Source: Methanobacteriota archaeon
GTDB taxonomy: Archaea; Undinarchaeota; Undinarchaeia; Undinarchaeales; Undinarchaeaceae
Direction: 5' to 3'
NCBI GenBank assembly: GCA_002687935.1
Contig: NZBN01000004.1
Span: 1 to 50,654, forward strand
DNA: 50,654 nt
A program made the position numbers and the translations under genes. Shown here piece by piece: positions 9,987 through 19,578 of this stretch; the first letter of the stretch is position 1; every line of letters starts with the position of its first letter. Under the pieces are notes generated by a model, which was not told where the DNA came from, did not search any database, and was given only the letters and a program-made list of their open reading frames with translations.

Positions 9987-11800
9987 CCTTTATCACCAAC
10001 CAAAAGTCTTGGGTAAATGCAGAGAGACTTCATTTCATCAAGAAGAAGCTTGAATGCGTATGACATCTCAACCATTTTTGCCTCAATGTTTTCGCCGCAA
10101 ACTGTGCAGAAGTACATATCTCGGAATCTGTCGTAGACAGCAACTAATCCACAACCATTGCAGACTGGAACAGTTGTCTTGTCAGACTCGTCGAGAAGTC
10201 TTTCCTTCAGCAATAATGAAGCTCCGTGAGCTACAAAGGTATCCTTTTCCATTTCTCCGACTCGCAGACCACCATCTCGTGCCTTTCCTGCAGTTGGCTG
10301 ACGAGTAAGAATCTGAACAGGCCCTCTTGAGCGGGCTCTTATCTTGTCAACGACCATGTGCTTAAGCTTCTGATAATAGACGACGCCGACGAAAATTTCT
10401 GCCTCGAGTTTTTCTCCAGTAACTCCATTGTACATGACTTCCTTTCCTGTGTTTGTGAAACCGTGCTTTTCAAGCTGGGCTCTCATATCGTCTTCAGACT
10501 CTCCAGTGAAGGGGCTTGCATCAATTCTTCGTCCTTCGATTGAGCCAAGCTTTCCTCCAATTGACTCCAGAAGCTGTCCGATAGTCATTCTTGAAGGAAT
10601 TGCGTGGGGGTTAACTATTAGGTCAGGAATAATTCCAGAAGCTGTGAAAGGTGAATCTTCTTGGGGAAGAACCTGTCCGACAACTCCCTTTTGACCGTGT
10701 CTTGAGGAGAATTTGTCTCCAAGTTCAGGAACTCGTGGGTCACGGAGTTTTACTTTTACCTGTTTGTCTCCCTCAAGGTTTTCTGAAATAAGAATTGTGT
10801 CCGCTATTCCGCCCTCTCCTGTCTTTGCTCCGAGAGAGCTTTCTCTCCTGTTCTTGACAGAGATTCCGAATTCCTCCATTACTTCAAGGAAACGTGGAGG
10901 TGAGGTCTTTCCGATTATGACGTCCTCTTCACCTATAAGAGATTCCGTCTCGGCAATTCCGTCTTCTCCGAGATGTCTGTAGCAAGTCTCTGAACGGTAG
11001 CCTCTTACTTCCTTATCAGGAACTTCTATTGAATCAATCTGACCTCCAGGATATCTCTGCTCCGAGGCTTTGTAAGTTCTGAAGGATACTGTTCTGCCAA
11101 TTCCTCTCTCGATTGAAGCCTTATTCAGTATGATTGCATCCTGCATATTGTAACCGCCCTGTGAAAGGATGGCGACGACAAGGTTTTGTCCTGATGCTCT
11201 CTCGTCGTAGTTTACAAGGTCCATTGGAACTGAACGGACAAGTGGCATCTGAGGATAATTGAGAAGGTGCTTCTGTGTATCAGTTCGAATTGAATAGTTT
11301 GAAGCGTAAAGTCCTGTTCCTTGTTTTGACATGTTTGCCCCGAGGGTTACACGGGTCGCCATGTTGTGGTTCAGGAAGGGGACAAAATTTCCGCAGACTC
11401 CGAATATTGCTGCAGGGTCAATTTCAAGGTGAGTGTGTTCCTCAGTAAGTTCAGAATCGTTTAGAGCTATGAAAGTATTTTCCTCTTCAGAAGCGTCAAG
11501 GTATTCTATAATTCCTCTTCGGACTAGATCTCCCCAAGACATCTCATCATTTTTTACCTTGTTAAGATAGTCTTCAGTTAGAATGGGAACACCCTTTTCA
11601 ACTCTGATTAGCGGTCTTACAACACGACCTTCGTCCGTGTTTATATGAAGCTCATTTTCAGTGTCAATGTATGAGATGCTGACATCAGAGGCTATAACGC
11701 TCTGCCGTCTTAGATTTCTCATCTCATCAGAAAGTTTTAGTGCGTCGTCCGTGTTGCCGACAATTCTTCCATTCAGATATACGTCTGTCGGCCTTTCCAT
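9983..11800 (-). CDS. rpoB1: RNA polymerase subunit B' (Rpo2 C-terminal half)
   Basis: GDKFSSRHGQKG, NPHAIPSRMT, GGLRVGEME, C-terminal zinc ribbon. Confidence 0.98.
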   Translation of the reverse strand: MERPTDVYLNGRIVGNTDDALKLSDEMRNLRRQSVIASDVSISYIDTENELHINTDEGRVVRPLIRVEKGVPILTEDYLNKVKNDEMSWGDLVRRGIIEYLDASEEENTFIALNDSELTEEHTHLEIDPAAIFGVCGNFVPFLNHNMATRVTLGANMSKQGTGLYASNYSIRTDTQKHLLNYPQMPLVRSVPMDLVNYDERASGQNLVVAILSQGGYNMQDAIILNKASIERGIGRTVSFRTYKASEQRYPGGQIDSIEVPDKEVRGYRSETCYRHLGEDGIAETESLIGEEDVIIGKTSPPRFLEVMEEFGISVKNRRESSLGAKTGEGGIADTILISENLEGDKQVKVKLRDPRVPELGDKFSSRHGQKGVVGQVLPQEDSPFTASGIIPDLIVNPHAIPSRMTIGQLLESIGGKLGSIEGRRIDASPFTGESEDDMRAQLEKHGFTNTGKEVMYNGVTGEKLEAEIFVGVVYYQKLKHMVVDKIRARSRGPVQILTRQPTAGKARDGGLRVGEMEKDTFVAHGASLLLKERLLDESDKTTVPVCNGCGLVAVYDRFRDMYFCTVCGENIEAKMVEMSYAFKLLLDEMKSLCIYPRLLVGDKG

Positions 11801-13272
11801 TATTCTAACCTCTTAACTCCCTTCTTTCTCAGAGTTTCTTCAATAAGTGCATCATCTGACTCAGTTGTAAGTTTTGTAGTGAGTGCCAGATTTTTAACAA
11901 GTCCTATGTTTGAACCTTCAGGAGTTTCAGACGGACACAGTCTTCCCCAGTGAGTTGAGTGCAAGTCACGGGCTTCGAAATGCGGCTGTGTGGTGCTGAG
12001 AAGCGACCTGACACGCCTTCTGTGAGAAATTGAGGATATGAAATTCATTCTGTCAAGGTGCTGTGAGACTCCCTGTCTGCTTCCAATCCAGGCTCCGGTT
12101 GCTACAGCGTGCTGAATTCTTTCTGTGAGGAAATTACTGCGAATTGAATTTCTTATTGCGAGTTTCCTATTCCTCTTGTATGCTTTTTCAAGTGAATAAG
12201 TGGTATTGTTGACAAGTGCTCTGAAAGCAACTCTAAAGAGGTCTTCCAGAAGACTTCCTGCAAGTCCAAGTCTCTTGTTTGAATAGTGATCCTTGTCATC
12301 GACATCGACCATGTTGAGATGGAGTCTGATTACTTTGTTTGCCATTCTGCAGAGATAGACAGCCTTGTAAATTCTGTCCTCAGGCATTGTTCCAATATGA
12401 GGAAGAAGGAATGTATCAAGAACTCTTTCTGCCCTCTCCATTCTGGCTTCCTTTTCCTGACCAAAGGCCACCTTCTTTCCGAGAAGGTCGAGTGCATCAT
12501 TTCTGTTCTTTGCTTCTTCTGCTTCTTCAAAGCTGACGTAAAGCTCAGAAGCCAGAGAAGGGTTACTTGCAATTTCCTTTACTATGTCAGAATCCTTTTC
12601 CATTCCAAGTGCTTTTAGAACTGCTATGAAAGGTACTGGTTTTGAGAAAGGTGGCATCTCCATTATAAGACCGCCGTCTTTCTTTCTGCTGACTGAGTTT
12701 CTTCTTCTGTACCAGCCTCCTTCTGAGAAGACACGGGCACTCTCAGTTGTTGGACCGAGTTTGACGTGGCTGACATTCATCAGATTCGGAGCCAGGTCTT
12801 CAACAAGTATAAGAACTCTCTCTGTTCCATTGACAACGAAATATCCTCCGGGATCATTTGGGTCCTCATTAACTCCTATAAGCTCGTCTCTGTCCATTCC
12901 ATAGAGATTGCAAATTTTTGAGCGAAGCATTGTCGGGAGAGAGCCAATTGGAACTTCCATTTTTGGCTGCTCAACTTCATTTTGAATTGGAGTAAGTTCT
13001 AGGATGAGTGGAGATGCATAAGTAAGATCTCTGAGGCGAGCCTCATTAGGGAAAATTTGTCTGACTGCACCGGTTGCTTCCTTGATGGAAGGCTTTCCAA
13101 CTCTGATTCCGTCGAGTCTGACTTCGAAACCCTCGATGTCAGGATTTATGACTCCGATTTCGTCTATGACACTCTGAAGTCCGTTCTCAATAAATGAATT
13201 GTAAGAAGATATATGGTGCTCCACAAGTCCGTTTTCTTCGAAAAATTTGTTAACAAGCGAGCGACGTTCCAT
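11800..13272 (-). CDS. rpoB2: RNA polymerase subunit B'' (Rpo2 N-terminal half)
   Basis: GGYFVVNGTER, DDKDHYSNKRL, CPSETPEG. Confidence 0.98.
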   Translation of the reverse strand: MERRSLVNKFFEENGLVEHHISSYNSFIENGLQSVIDEIGVINPDIEGFEVRLDGIRVGKPSIKEATGAVRQIFPNEARLRDLTYASPLILELTPIQNEVEQPKMEVPIGSLPTMLRSKICNLYGMDRDELIGVNEDPNDPGGYFVVNGTERVLILVEDLAPNLMNVSHVKLGPTTESARVFSEGGWYRRRNSVSRKKDGGLIMEMPPFSKPVPFIAVLKALGMEKDSDIVKEIASNPSLASELYVSFEEAEEAKNRNDALDLLGKKVAFGQEKEARMERAERVLDTFLLPHIGTMPEDRIYKAVYLCRMANKVIRLHLNMVDVDDKDHYSNKRLGLAGSLLEDLFRVAFRALVNNTTYSLEKAYKRNRKLAIRNSIRSNFLTERIQHAVATGAWIGSRQGVSQHLDRMNFISSISHRRRVRSLLSTTQPHFEARDLHSTHWGRLCPSETPEGSNIGLVKNLALTTKLTTESDDALIEETLRKKGVKRLE

Positions 13273-13518
13273 TTAAATCACAACCCTATAATAAAGTGTT
13301 TTGCCAGCCGTCTCACTTTTTCTGGTGATACAGATGACCTGACCCTTTGAAGGCTTCATATGTTTGATAGCCGGATCATTTTTGTTAATCTTTGGAAGCT
13401 GTCTTCGCTCTGCGCCATACTTTGTCAGTACAGCCTCGACATCCTTTTCTTCAAGTATTTCGTGTTTCGGAACAAGTGAATGCGCTGACACATCGAATGT
13501 TTCTTTCTCTTCTACCAT
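13273..13518 (-). CDS. rpoH: RNA polymerase subunit H (Rpo5)
   Basis: HSLVPKHEIL, QLPKI...DPAI, YYRVV. Confidence 0.97.
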   Translation of the reverse strand: MVEEKETFDVSAHSLVPKHEILEEKDVEAVLTKYGAERRQLPKINKNDPAIKHMKPSKGQVICITRKSETAGKTLYYRVVI

Positions 13519-13569
13519 TTATGAATATCCTTCTGCCTTTTAGGCAATCTTCTGTACTATATTGGGCTA

Positions 13570-13643
13570 TGGGCCCGACGGGATTTGAACCCGCGACACC
13601 CTGGTTAAAAGCCAGGCGCTCTCCCAGCCTGAGCTACGGGCCC
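13570..13643 (-). tRNA. tRNA-Lys(TTT)
   Basis: Cloverleaf; anticodon arm CCTGG-CTTTTAA-CCAGG. Confidence 0.96.
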
Positions 13644-13677
13644 AATGAGGCCCTTTTTTGGTGTTGCGTGGGCCAAG

Positions 13678-13750
13678 CGCCCTGACTGGGATTTGAACCC
13701 AGGTCACGACCGTGACAGGGTCGTATGCTAAACCACTACACCATCAGGGC
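13678..13750 (-). tRNA. tRNA-Asp(GTC)
   Basis: Cloverleaf; anticodon arm CGACC-CTGTCAC-GGTCG; G73. Confidence 0.96.
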
Positions 13751-13844
13751 ATTTTGCGAGACTCCCGACTGATATTGTAAGTCTGTTGGGTGGTTTTATA
13801 TTTGGCCTGACATCGGTGATCTCCGCGAACGGATGAGTATGGTG

Positions 13845-13960
<116 letters not shown>

Positions 13961-13983
13961 CTCCATTTATGAGTACCCTGAGG

Positions 13984-13990
13984 TATATAA
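13984..13990 (-). promoter_or_regulatory. TATA box for the 5S-tRNA-Asp-tRNA-Lys unit
   Basis: TTATATA on the minus strand 24-30 nt upstream of the 5S 5' end. Confidence 0.5.
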
Positions 13991-14058
13991 GGCTTGTGGT
14001 AACTTAAACGAGAGGAAGCCCACATAAACTATATATAGCGAGACTCTTTAGAGCGACT

Positions 14059-14286
14059 ATGATTTGGGGATTTGAAGCCATACTGTACTACCTCTTCGTT
14101 TTAGACAGTAGTATATATTTTGTGATGGCTTTTTCGAGGGGAAAGTTACACAAAAAGACAATGCACTGGTATTCAAACTATGCTAAATACTTTTTTAATT
14201 TCCCTATAAATCGTGGTGTTGCAATAATGTATTTGGCACTTATTGTATGGATAGGACTTTCACTATCCCGACTTGGAATTATTTAG
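14059..14286 (+). CDS. Small membrane protein
   Basis: 75 aa, two hydrophobic segments, upstream TATA-like ctatatata. Confidence 0.6.
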   Translation: MIWGFEAILYYLFVLDSSIYFVMAFSRGKLHKKTMHWYSNYAKYFFNFPINRGVAIMYLALIVWIGLSLSRLGII

Positions 14287-14551
14287 AAGATTTCTTTTTG
14301 TAGATAGTTGCAGTAAATCCGACAGTATTTATGAGAGAAGAGTCAGTCCTCTCGGCAAGCTCTTTGAATAAGTCATTTTTATTGTCCTGAATTGCAGTGT
14401 TTAGAAATTTAACCTTGATAAGTTCAGTATTTTCAAGTCGCGCCTTTATTTCAGATATAACTTCTTCAGTAAGACCTGATTTTCCAACTCTGATTGAGGG
14501 AGGTAATTGATTAGCTCTCTTTTTGAGACTTAGAACAGTTTCAGAACTCAT
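14279..14551 (-). CDS. yhbY: YhbY/CRM-family RNA-binding protein
   Basis: IRVGKSGLTEEVISEI...ELIKVKF...INTVG. Confidence 0.88.
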   Translation of the reverse strand: MSSETVLSLKKRANQLPPSIRVGKSGLTEEVISEIKARLENTELIKVKFLNTAIQDNKNDLFKELAERTDSSLINTVGFTATIYKKKSSK

Positions 14552-14793
14552 TTCTTTTTCTTTATTTTTCGCCCAAGTATATCCTTCTTGAAGCGATCCT
14601 TTCTGAAGAGAAATAGATAGGCTATTTCCAACACACCAAGTGTATTAACAACAAGTAAAACAATGAACCATTTCTTTTGCAGATTTCTTGCGGAGTGCCA
14701 CAGAGCAAACCCCTTCCATATAACTGCCCAGATTAATGCAAACCAGAAGAGAAGGTATGACGGGCTTGAAAGCATTGTAAGATAACTTACCAT
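14548..14793 (-). CDS. DUF5652-like small membrane protein
   Basis: WKGFALWHSARN.QK.WFIVLLVVNTLG.LEI.Y motif. Confidence 0.8.
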   Translation of the reverse strand: MVSYLTMLSSPSYLLFWFALIWAVIWKGFALWHSARNLQKKWFIVLLVVNTLGVLEIAYLFLFRKDRFKKDILGRKIKKKK

Positions 14794-14823
14794 AAGCTAA
14801 GTTGTGCTTAGTTCTTTATAAAG

Positions 14824-14925
14824 TTATTTTTTATTTTTCGCGCAATTGCAAGTTCCGGTGCTGTGTCCAACACAACCTATGAGCCAGTGCTTCCTGCATC
14901 CGCAAATTATGCATTTCCTCTTCAT
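14824..14925 (-). CDS. Putative 33-aa Cys/His-rich microprotein (absent from the ORF track)
   Basis: Manual translation MKRKCIICGCRKHWLIGCVGHSTGTCNCAKNKK*; co-oriented 31 nt upstream of the DUF5652-like gene. Confidence 0.45.
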   Translation of the reverse strand: MKRKCIICGCRKHWLIGCVGHSTGTCNCAKNKK

Positions 14926-15078
14926 TGATTGAAACCCTTTACGCGTGTGTACAGAGATAAACCTAAGTCTGCTTTGGAACGCATAAACTACAATTAGAAT
15001 GCTAACTTATTATTCTTTGTGAAGCTCGAAAATAGCTTAAAGCCTAAGCTAATAAAAATCAATTCAGAAAGTCCAGTA

Positions 15079-15102
15079 ATTACTGCATGTACATGAAGTA
15101 AT
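15079..15102. promoter_or_regulatory. 24-bp near-perfect palindrome, candidate operator
   Basis: attactgcatgtacatgaagtaat; 22 of 24 positions symmetric; intergenic, upstream of the pilin gene. Confidence 0.45.
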
Positions 15103-15264
15103 AGACGAGAGCGGCCGCGATAACAACGACGACACCCCCAACCAATAGTTTGTTCATGTGCGATATAAAGTTAAGAGCCTTATAAAGCTTTCTTGATAAC
15201 CCGCAACTACATGGGATTTGTGTTAAATAGATTTCTGTGCCACTTTAAGTGTAGAGGTGAGCTT

Positions 15265-15594
15265 ATGGAAAAGCTGGTGATAAAAATAGGAAAAGTAGTA
15301 GGAACATCTCTTGCAGGGCTTCTTGCACTGTGCAACGCAGCCTATGCAATAATACCACCAAACACAACAGAAGTTCCTGATGAGATACTGCAACCATTTT
15401 GGAATGCTTATGCCCTTATAAAAGGAATAGCAACAGCCGCAGTGGCGGTTGCACTTGCATACAATTTTATGCAATGGTCAGCAGCATCTGGAAATCCTGC
15501 AGAGCGAGAACAGGTGAAGAAGCAGATGCTTGCAGTAATACTTGGCTATGCAGGAATACTGCTTGCAGTTCCAATAATAAATTATTTAGTATAA
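15265..15594 (+). CDS. VirB2/TrbC-like pilin precursor
   Basis: Signal-like leader ending AYA, two hydrophobic helices around SGNPAEREQVKKQM; GAGGTGA RBS before ATG 15265. Confidence 0.7.
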   Translation: MEKLVIKIGKVVGTSLAGLLALCNAAYAIIPPNTTEVPDEILQPFWNAYALIKGIATAAVAVALAYNFMQWSAASGNPAEREQVKKQMLAVILGYAGILLAVPIINYLV

Positions 15595-16554
15595 ATGAAA
15601 AAACTGAGAATTTTTCTTGTAGCGGCAGCTCTGGTATTTGTATTAGGGACTGGTTCAGCGACAGCTGTAGGAGATATAGGAGGAAGTTCAATAGGCCTGA
15701 TAGACTTAAGTCCCATAACTACATCAATAAATCAGCTGAACACAGATATACAGACAAAACTTCCCATAATTATAGCAAATGAAAGCGAAGCAAGAATAGA
15801 CAAGGGTATTGACACATTCAGACAAAAAGTTCTCTTAGAGCCAGGGGAGAAGAGCTATCAGAATTTTATGGAGGTTTACTCCAAGAAACCAGAGCTTGAT
15901 GAGAAAAAAAGTGCGAAGGTTACAGGATTCTTAGTTGCCGCATTTGTCCTTGTGCTTTTCAGCTACAATCTACTTCCTCTTGTTGTTGGAGGGATGGGAA
16001 GTCCCGTCGCAAGAGAAACAATGAAGGGGCAATTGAAAAATCTTGTTTTCATGCTTGCAGGCCTCTATGCTTCATACTACATATACACCTCAGTTTACGA
16101 AATGTCACTTGCGGGCGCAAAATATTTGATATGGAAAGAGAAAGTACAGTTCCTGAATCCTGTAAATGCCAGTGCAGACTTTTTTACAACACTCTATACA
16201 GTAATTGTTGTAAGCATGGCAGAGATTTTCGTAAAAACGAGACTCTTCTTAACAGAATTTGGAGTCTTGATTCTACCCTTTGCTTGGGTTATGTACAATT
16301 CAAGTTGGGAAGAATTTGAAGCACTGGGAGCCAAGGCAATTGCGACACTTACTCTCTTTCTGGCGATGCCAATTGTAGACGCACTTCTTCTTATGACACT
16401 TACAGGAACGACTGACTTTGTTTTTGTCTCTCTTCTAGCCTTTGTTATAATAAATTACTATGTGATAACTGGAACTCTCAAATCCCTTGTAAGCCCAGTG
16501 AAGGATGCAATAGGATCTCTTAGAAGATTTACTGTGGTAGGGGTGATTCGATGA
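15595..16554 (+). CDS. VirB6-like polytopic membrane protein
   Basis: N-terminal hydrophobic leader plus about 6 TM segments; sits between pilin and PrgI-like gene. Confidence 0.6.
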   Translation: MKKLRIFLVAAALVFVLGTGSATAVGDIGGSSIGLIDLSPITTSINQLNTDIQTKLPIIIANESEARIDKGIDTFRQKVLLEPGEKSYQNFMEVYSKKPELDEKKSAKVTGFLVAAFVLVLFSYNLLPLVVGGMGSPVARETMKGQLKNLVFMLAGLYASYYIYTSVYEMSLAGAKYLIWKEKVQFLNPVNASADFFTTLYTVIVVSMAEIFVKTRLFLTEFGVLILPFAWVMYNSSWEEFEALGAKAIATLTLFLAMPIVDALLLMTLTGTTDFVFVSLLAFVIINYYVITGTLKSLVSPVKDAIGSLRRFTVVGVIR

Positions 16555-17423
16555 CTGAAATAAAATCCGGATACGATGTTCCACAGAGTATGCGTTATGA
16601 AGAGAAAGTATTAGGAGCACTAACTTTCAGACAGGTAATCTATCTCCTCCTCGGAGGAATTGTAGCAATCTTCTTCTGGAAACTGCCACTGATAGAGACT
16701 GTAAGAATATCTCTCTCTGCTATTTCACTTATTTTAGGACTTATACTGGGCTTCGCCAAAGTAAAATCAAGGAATGCTGATGAACACCTCTATAGTATCG
16801 CTAGGTATCACCGCAGGCCAAAGCGCTTCGGCTACCTTGATGCTGAAATGGCGAAGCTCATTGGAGTTAGTGGAATAAAAAACGGGGCAGTTCTTATGGA
16901 TAACGGGACAGTTCTCGCGATAGTACAGGCAAGTCCGATAAACTTCACTATGCGTTCTGAAGAAGATAAGGAGGCAATAATAGGACGCTACAGAAGGTTT
17001 CTTGACTCTCTGGATTTCCCCATACAGATACTTGTGAGGACTGTGAAGTTAGATATCGAACCATATTTGAAATCAGTAAAAGAGCGGGCCAATAAGTCAA
17101 AAGGAAAGAAGGCAGGAAAACTCTTCGAACATTTCTGTAAGTATTTTGAGAAGACTATTAAAGAGAGGAATGTGAAAAACCGTCTCTTTTATGTTATAGT
17201 TCCGGCGGGAAAGACGCGAAAGGATCAAAGTGAAATTGATTCAAGAGTTTCTCTTTGTATAGACGGACTATCCGGCTGTGGGATAAAAGCAAGAAGACTA
17301 AACTCAGGAGAACTAGCACCACTTCTGGCCAGTTTTCTTGAAGGCCATATTGAAGAAGATTGGGGCTACATCTCTCCGATTACAGTACTTGGAAATTTCG
17401 AAGGAAGGAAGGAAAATGTTTAA
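16551..17423 (+). CDS. PrgI/VirB3-like membrane protein with soluble C-terminal domain
   Basis: YEEKVLGALTFRQ, two TM helices, then PINF..RSEEDKEAII..Y..FL.SL.FPIQI; immediately upstream of VirB4. Confidence 0.72.
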   Translation: MTEIKSGYDVPQSMRYEEKVLGALTFRQVIYLLLGGIVAIFFWKLPLIETVRISLSAISLILGLILGFAKVKSRNADEHLYSIARYHRRPKRFGYLDAEMAKLIGVSGIKNGAVLMDNGTVLAIVQASPINFTMRSEEDKEAIIGRYRRFLDSLDFPIQILVRTVKLDIEPYLKSVKERANKSKGKKAGKLFEHFCKYFEKTIKERNVKNRLFYVIVPAGKTRKDQSEIDSRVSLCIDGLSGCGIKARRLNSGELAPLLASFLEGHIEEDWGYISPITVLGNFEGRKENV

Positions 17424-19161
17424 TCTGAAAAGAAAGCAGAGTGAGGAAAAGGGAGTACAGGAAATTCTGAAACCCAGCTCAGTTTCTATTGGACAAGATA
17501 AAATAAACATAAATGACAGGTACAATCGAATAGTGATGGCAGCTGGCTGGCCCGGAAGAGTTCAGGAAGGTTTTCTTGACAGAATTATTACAGCAAAGGG
17601 AGAGTTTGACATAAGCCTGCATATCCATCCAATGACAAATGATGACAGTAGAGTTTATCTGGACAATGCCATAAAAAAGATGGATGCAGATAATTTCAGC
17701 CTTAAGAAAACAGGTAGTAGTAGTGCCACTCTGGCAAACAAAATAGCTGACGCTAATTCAACCCTGAAAAGAGTTGAATTCGGAGAAGAGAGACTTTTTG
17801 ACACATCACTCTATGTAAATGTAAAGGCTTATGATGACAGCGAACTGGAAAGGCAAACAAAAAAAGTCGAGTCCATAATGAGCTCAGTAAAAATTATTCC
17901 GAGGAGACCAGGATATAGAATGAGAGAAGGTATTGAAAGCGTTCTCCCCTTTGCTAGAAACAGACTTAGTGTAAAGAGAGCCCTGACGACTTCTGCTCTG
18001 AGTGCACTCTTTCCATTCACCACAAGTTATCTTGAACTCGAAGACGGAGGTGTTTTCCTTGGAGTCAATGAAAAGAACAACATACCTATAATACAGGACA
18101 TCTTCAGATTCAGGAACCCGAATGGAATAGTTGTCGGATCTTCTGGAAGCGGAAAATCCTTCGCGGCGAAACTGCTCGCAACAAGAGTTATGTGGAACGG
18201 TGCAAAGGTAAGAATAATAGATCCTGAAGGAGAGTACGCAGCCCTCGCCTCGGCACTAGGAGGGAAAGTTGTGAAAATTTCAAGGGATTCAAAGACCTGT
18301 ATTAATCTTCTTGACTTTATGGGACAGGATTATAGTGAAAAGCGGGAATCTCTTATGAGCTCCTTCGCCGTTCTTTTTGGAGATATGTCAAGCTATCAGA
18401 AATCCAGACTTGAGAGAGCAATATTGTCCGCCTACAAAATGAAGGGGATTGAAAAAGAAGTCAAAGAAAGTTGGCAAAATTCTCCGCCGATTTTATCTGA
18501 CCTCTATGAGGCACTTTCAGAAGAAATGGGAAAAGCAGAAACACAGAAACAGAAAGATGAGATTTTATCCATTATGTGCAAGATGGATATGTTCATTGAA
18601 GAGGACGGACTTTTTTCTTATCTTAACTCAAGAACTCAGATGGAATTTGAAAATCAATTAGTCGTATTTGATATATCTGAAATGTCTGAGCACGTCCAGC
18701 CCTTAATATTGCATATGATACTGGAATATCTGAACTATGAAATGAGAAGAGACAGGGAAAGAAGCTTCGTCGTAGTTGATGAGGTCTGGAAACTCCTTAG
18801 AGAACCAGCAGTAGTTGACCACATTTTCAAAATGGTTAAGACATCGAGGAAGTGGAATATGTCCCTCATCCTCATTACACAACAGGTAAGAGACCTTACG
18901 AATAGTGAGGCAGGAGAAGCCGTCCTGGCGAACACTAGTTTCAAATATATTTTTGGTCACGAGGCAAGTGATATGAAATACAGCCAACCCTTCTTTGGAC
19001 TGAATACAAGAGAAAAACAAATACTTCTGACAGCGAAACCAGGGGAGGGAGTCTTGATGTTGGGAGACAGTCATTACAATATAAAGATTGAAGCATCTCC
19101 AGAGGAAACTGAAATTATTACAACTGACGCAGATGTTCTCAGAAAAGTGGAAATTGATTAA
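17416..19161 (+). CDS. virB4: VirB4-like (TraE/ConE) ATPase
   Basis: Walker A GSSGSGKS, IIDPEGEY, Walker B VVVDEVW, SRKWN, TQQ; ATG 17416 overlaps the upstream stop. Confidence 0.88.
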   Translation: MFNLKRKQSEEKGVQEILKPSSVSIGQDKININDRYNRIVMAAGWPGRVQEGFLDRIITAKGEFDISLHIHPMTNDDSRVYLDNAIKKMDADNFSLKKTGSSSATLANKIADANSTLKRVEFGEERLFDTSLYVNVKAYDDSELERQTKKVESIMSSVKIIPRRPGYRMREGIESVLPFARNRLSVKRALTTSALSALFPFTTSYLELEDGGVFLGVNEKNNIPIIQDIFRFRNPNGIVVGSSGSGKSFAAKLLATRVMWNGAKVRIIDPEGEYAALASALGGKVVKISRDSKTCINLLDFMGQDYSEKRESLMSSFAVLFGDMSSYQKSRLERAILSAYKMKGIEKEVKESWQNSPPILSDLYEALSEEMGKAETQKQKDEILSIMCKMDMFIEEDGLFSYLNSRTQMEFENQLVVFDISEMSEHVQPLILHMILEYLNYEMRRDRERSFVVVDEVWKLLREPAVVDHIFKMVKTSRKWNMSLILITQQVRDLTNSEAGEAVLANTSFKYIFGHEASDMKYSQPFFGLNTREKQILLTAKPGEGVLMLGDSHYNIKIEASPEETEIITTDADVLRKVEID

Positions 19162-19209
19162 CTTTCCAAGTTAAATCAAATTTATAACTTAAACCACGAA
19201 GTTTCCATC

Positions 19210-19578
19210 ATGGCGATACAAATAAGGGCGATAGAGGAACTTTATGTATATCTGAAGCAATTTGGGCTTACAGATTATCAAGCACAAGGAACAGCTGCTG
19301 TGATGATTCTTGGAAAGGCAACTGCTAGGGAAGTCAGTAAGAATACAAACATACAGATGAAACACGTCCACAGAACTATGCAGGAACTTGGATATTTTGG
19401 GCTGATAGAAACTATAGAGACACGACCAATGTTGTATATCGCAAAGCCAGATGAGGTTCTTGAACGTCTAATAGGCATGAAAGAGGAGAAACTTGAAAAA
19501 CTTCAGAGCAAGAGAGAGGACCTTCTTGGCACAATAGAGGACTACCAGAGCTCAGTGAAGCTGACAATAGAAGTCTGA
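19210..19578 (+). CDS. TrmB-like HTH transcriptional regulator
   Basis: LKQFGLTDYQA...TAREVSK...VHRTMQEL...GLIE..ETRP.LY.A.P. Confidence 0.8.
   Translation: MAIQIRAIEELYVYLKQFGLTDYQAQGTAAVMILGKATAREVSKNTNIQMKHVHRTMQELGYFGLIETIETRPMLYIAKPDEVLERLIGMKEEKLEKLQSKREDLLGTIEDYQSSVKLTIEV

Noticed and set aside
7425-13272. Inteins or unusual insertions in RNA polymerase subunits
   Set aside because: Lengths and motif spacing are ordinary, and split B'/B'' and A'/A'' subunits are well known in archaea.
15193-15264. Upstream start for the pilin given by the ORF track
   Set aside because: The GAGGTGA RBS precedes ATG 15265, and the extension overlaps the probable promoter region.
17338-17415. Longer TTG-start form of VirB4
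   Set aside because: It overlaps 86 nt of the PrgI-like gene; ATG 17416 gives ordinary stop/start coupling.
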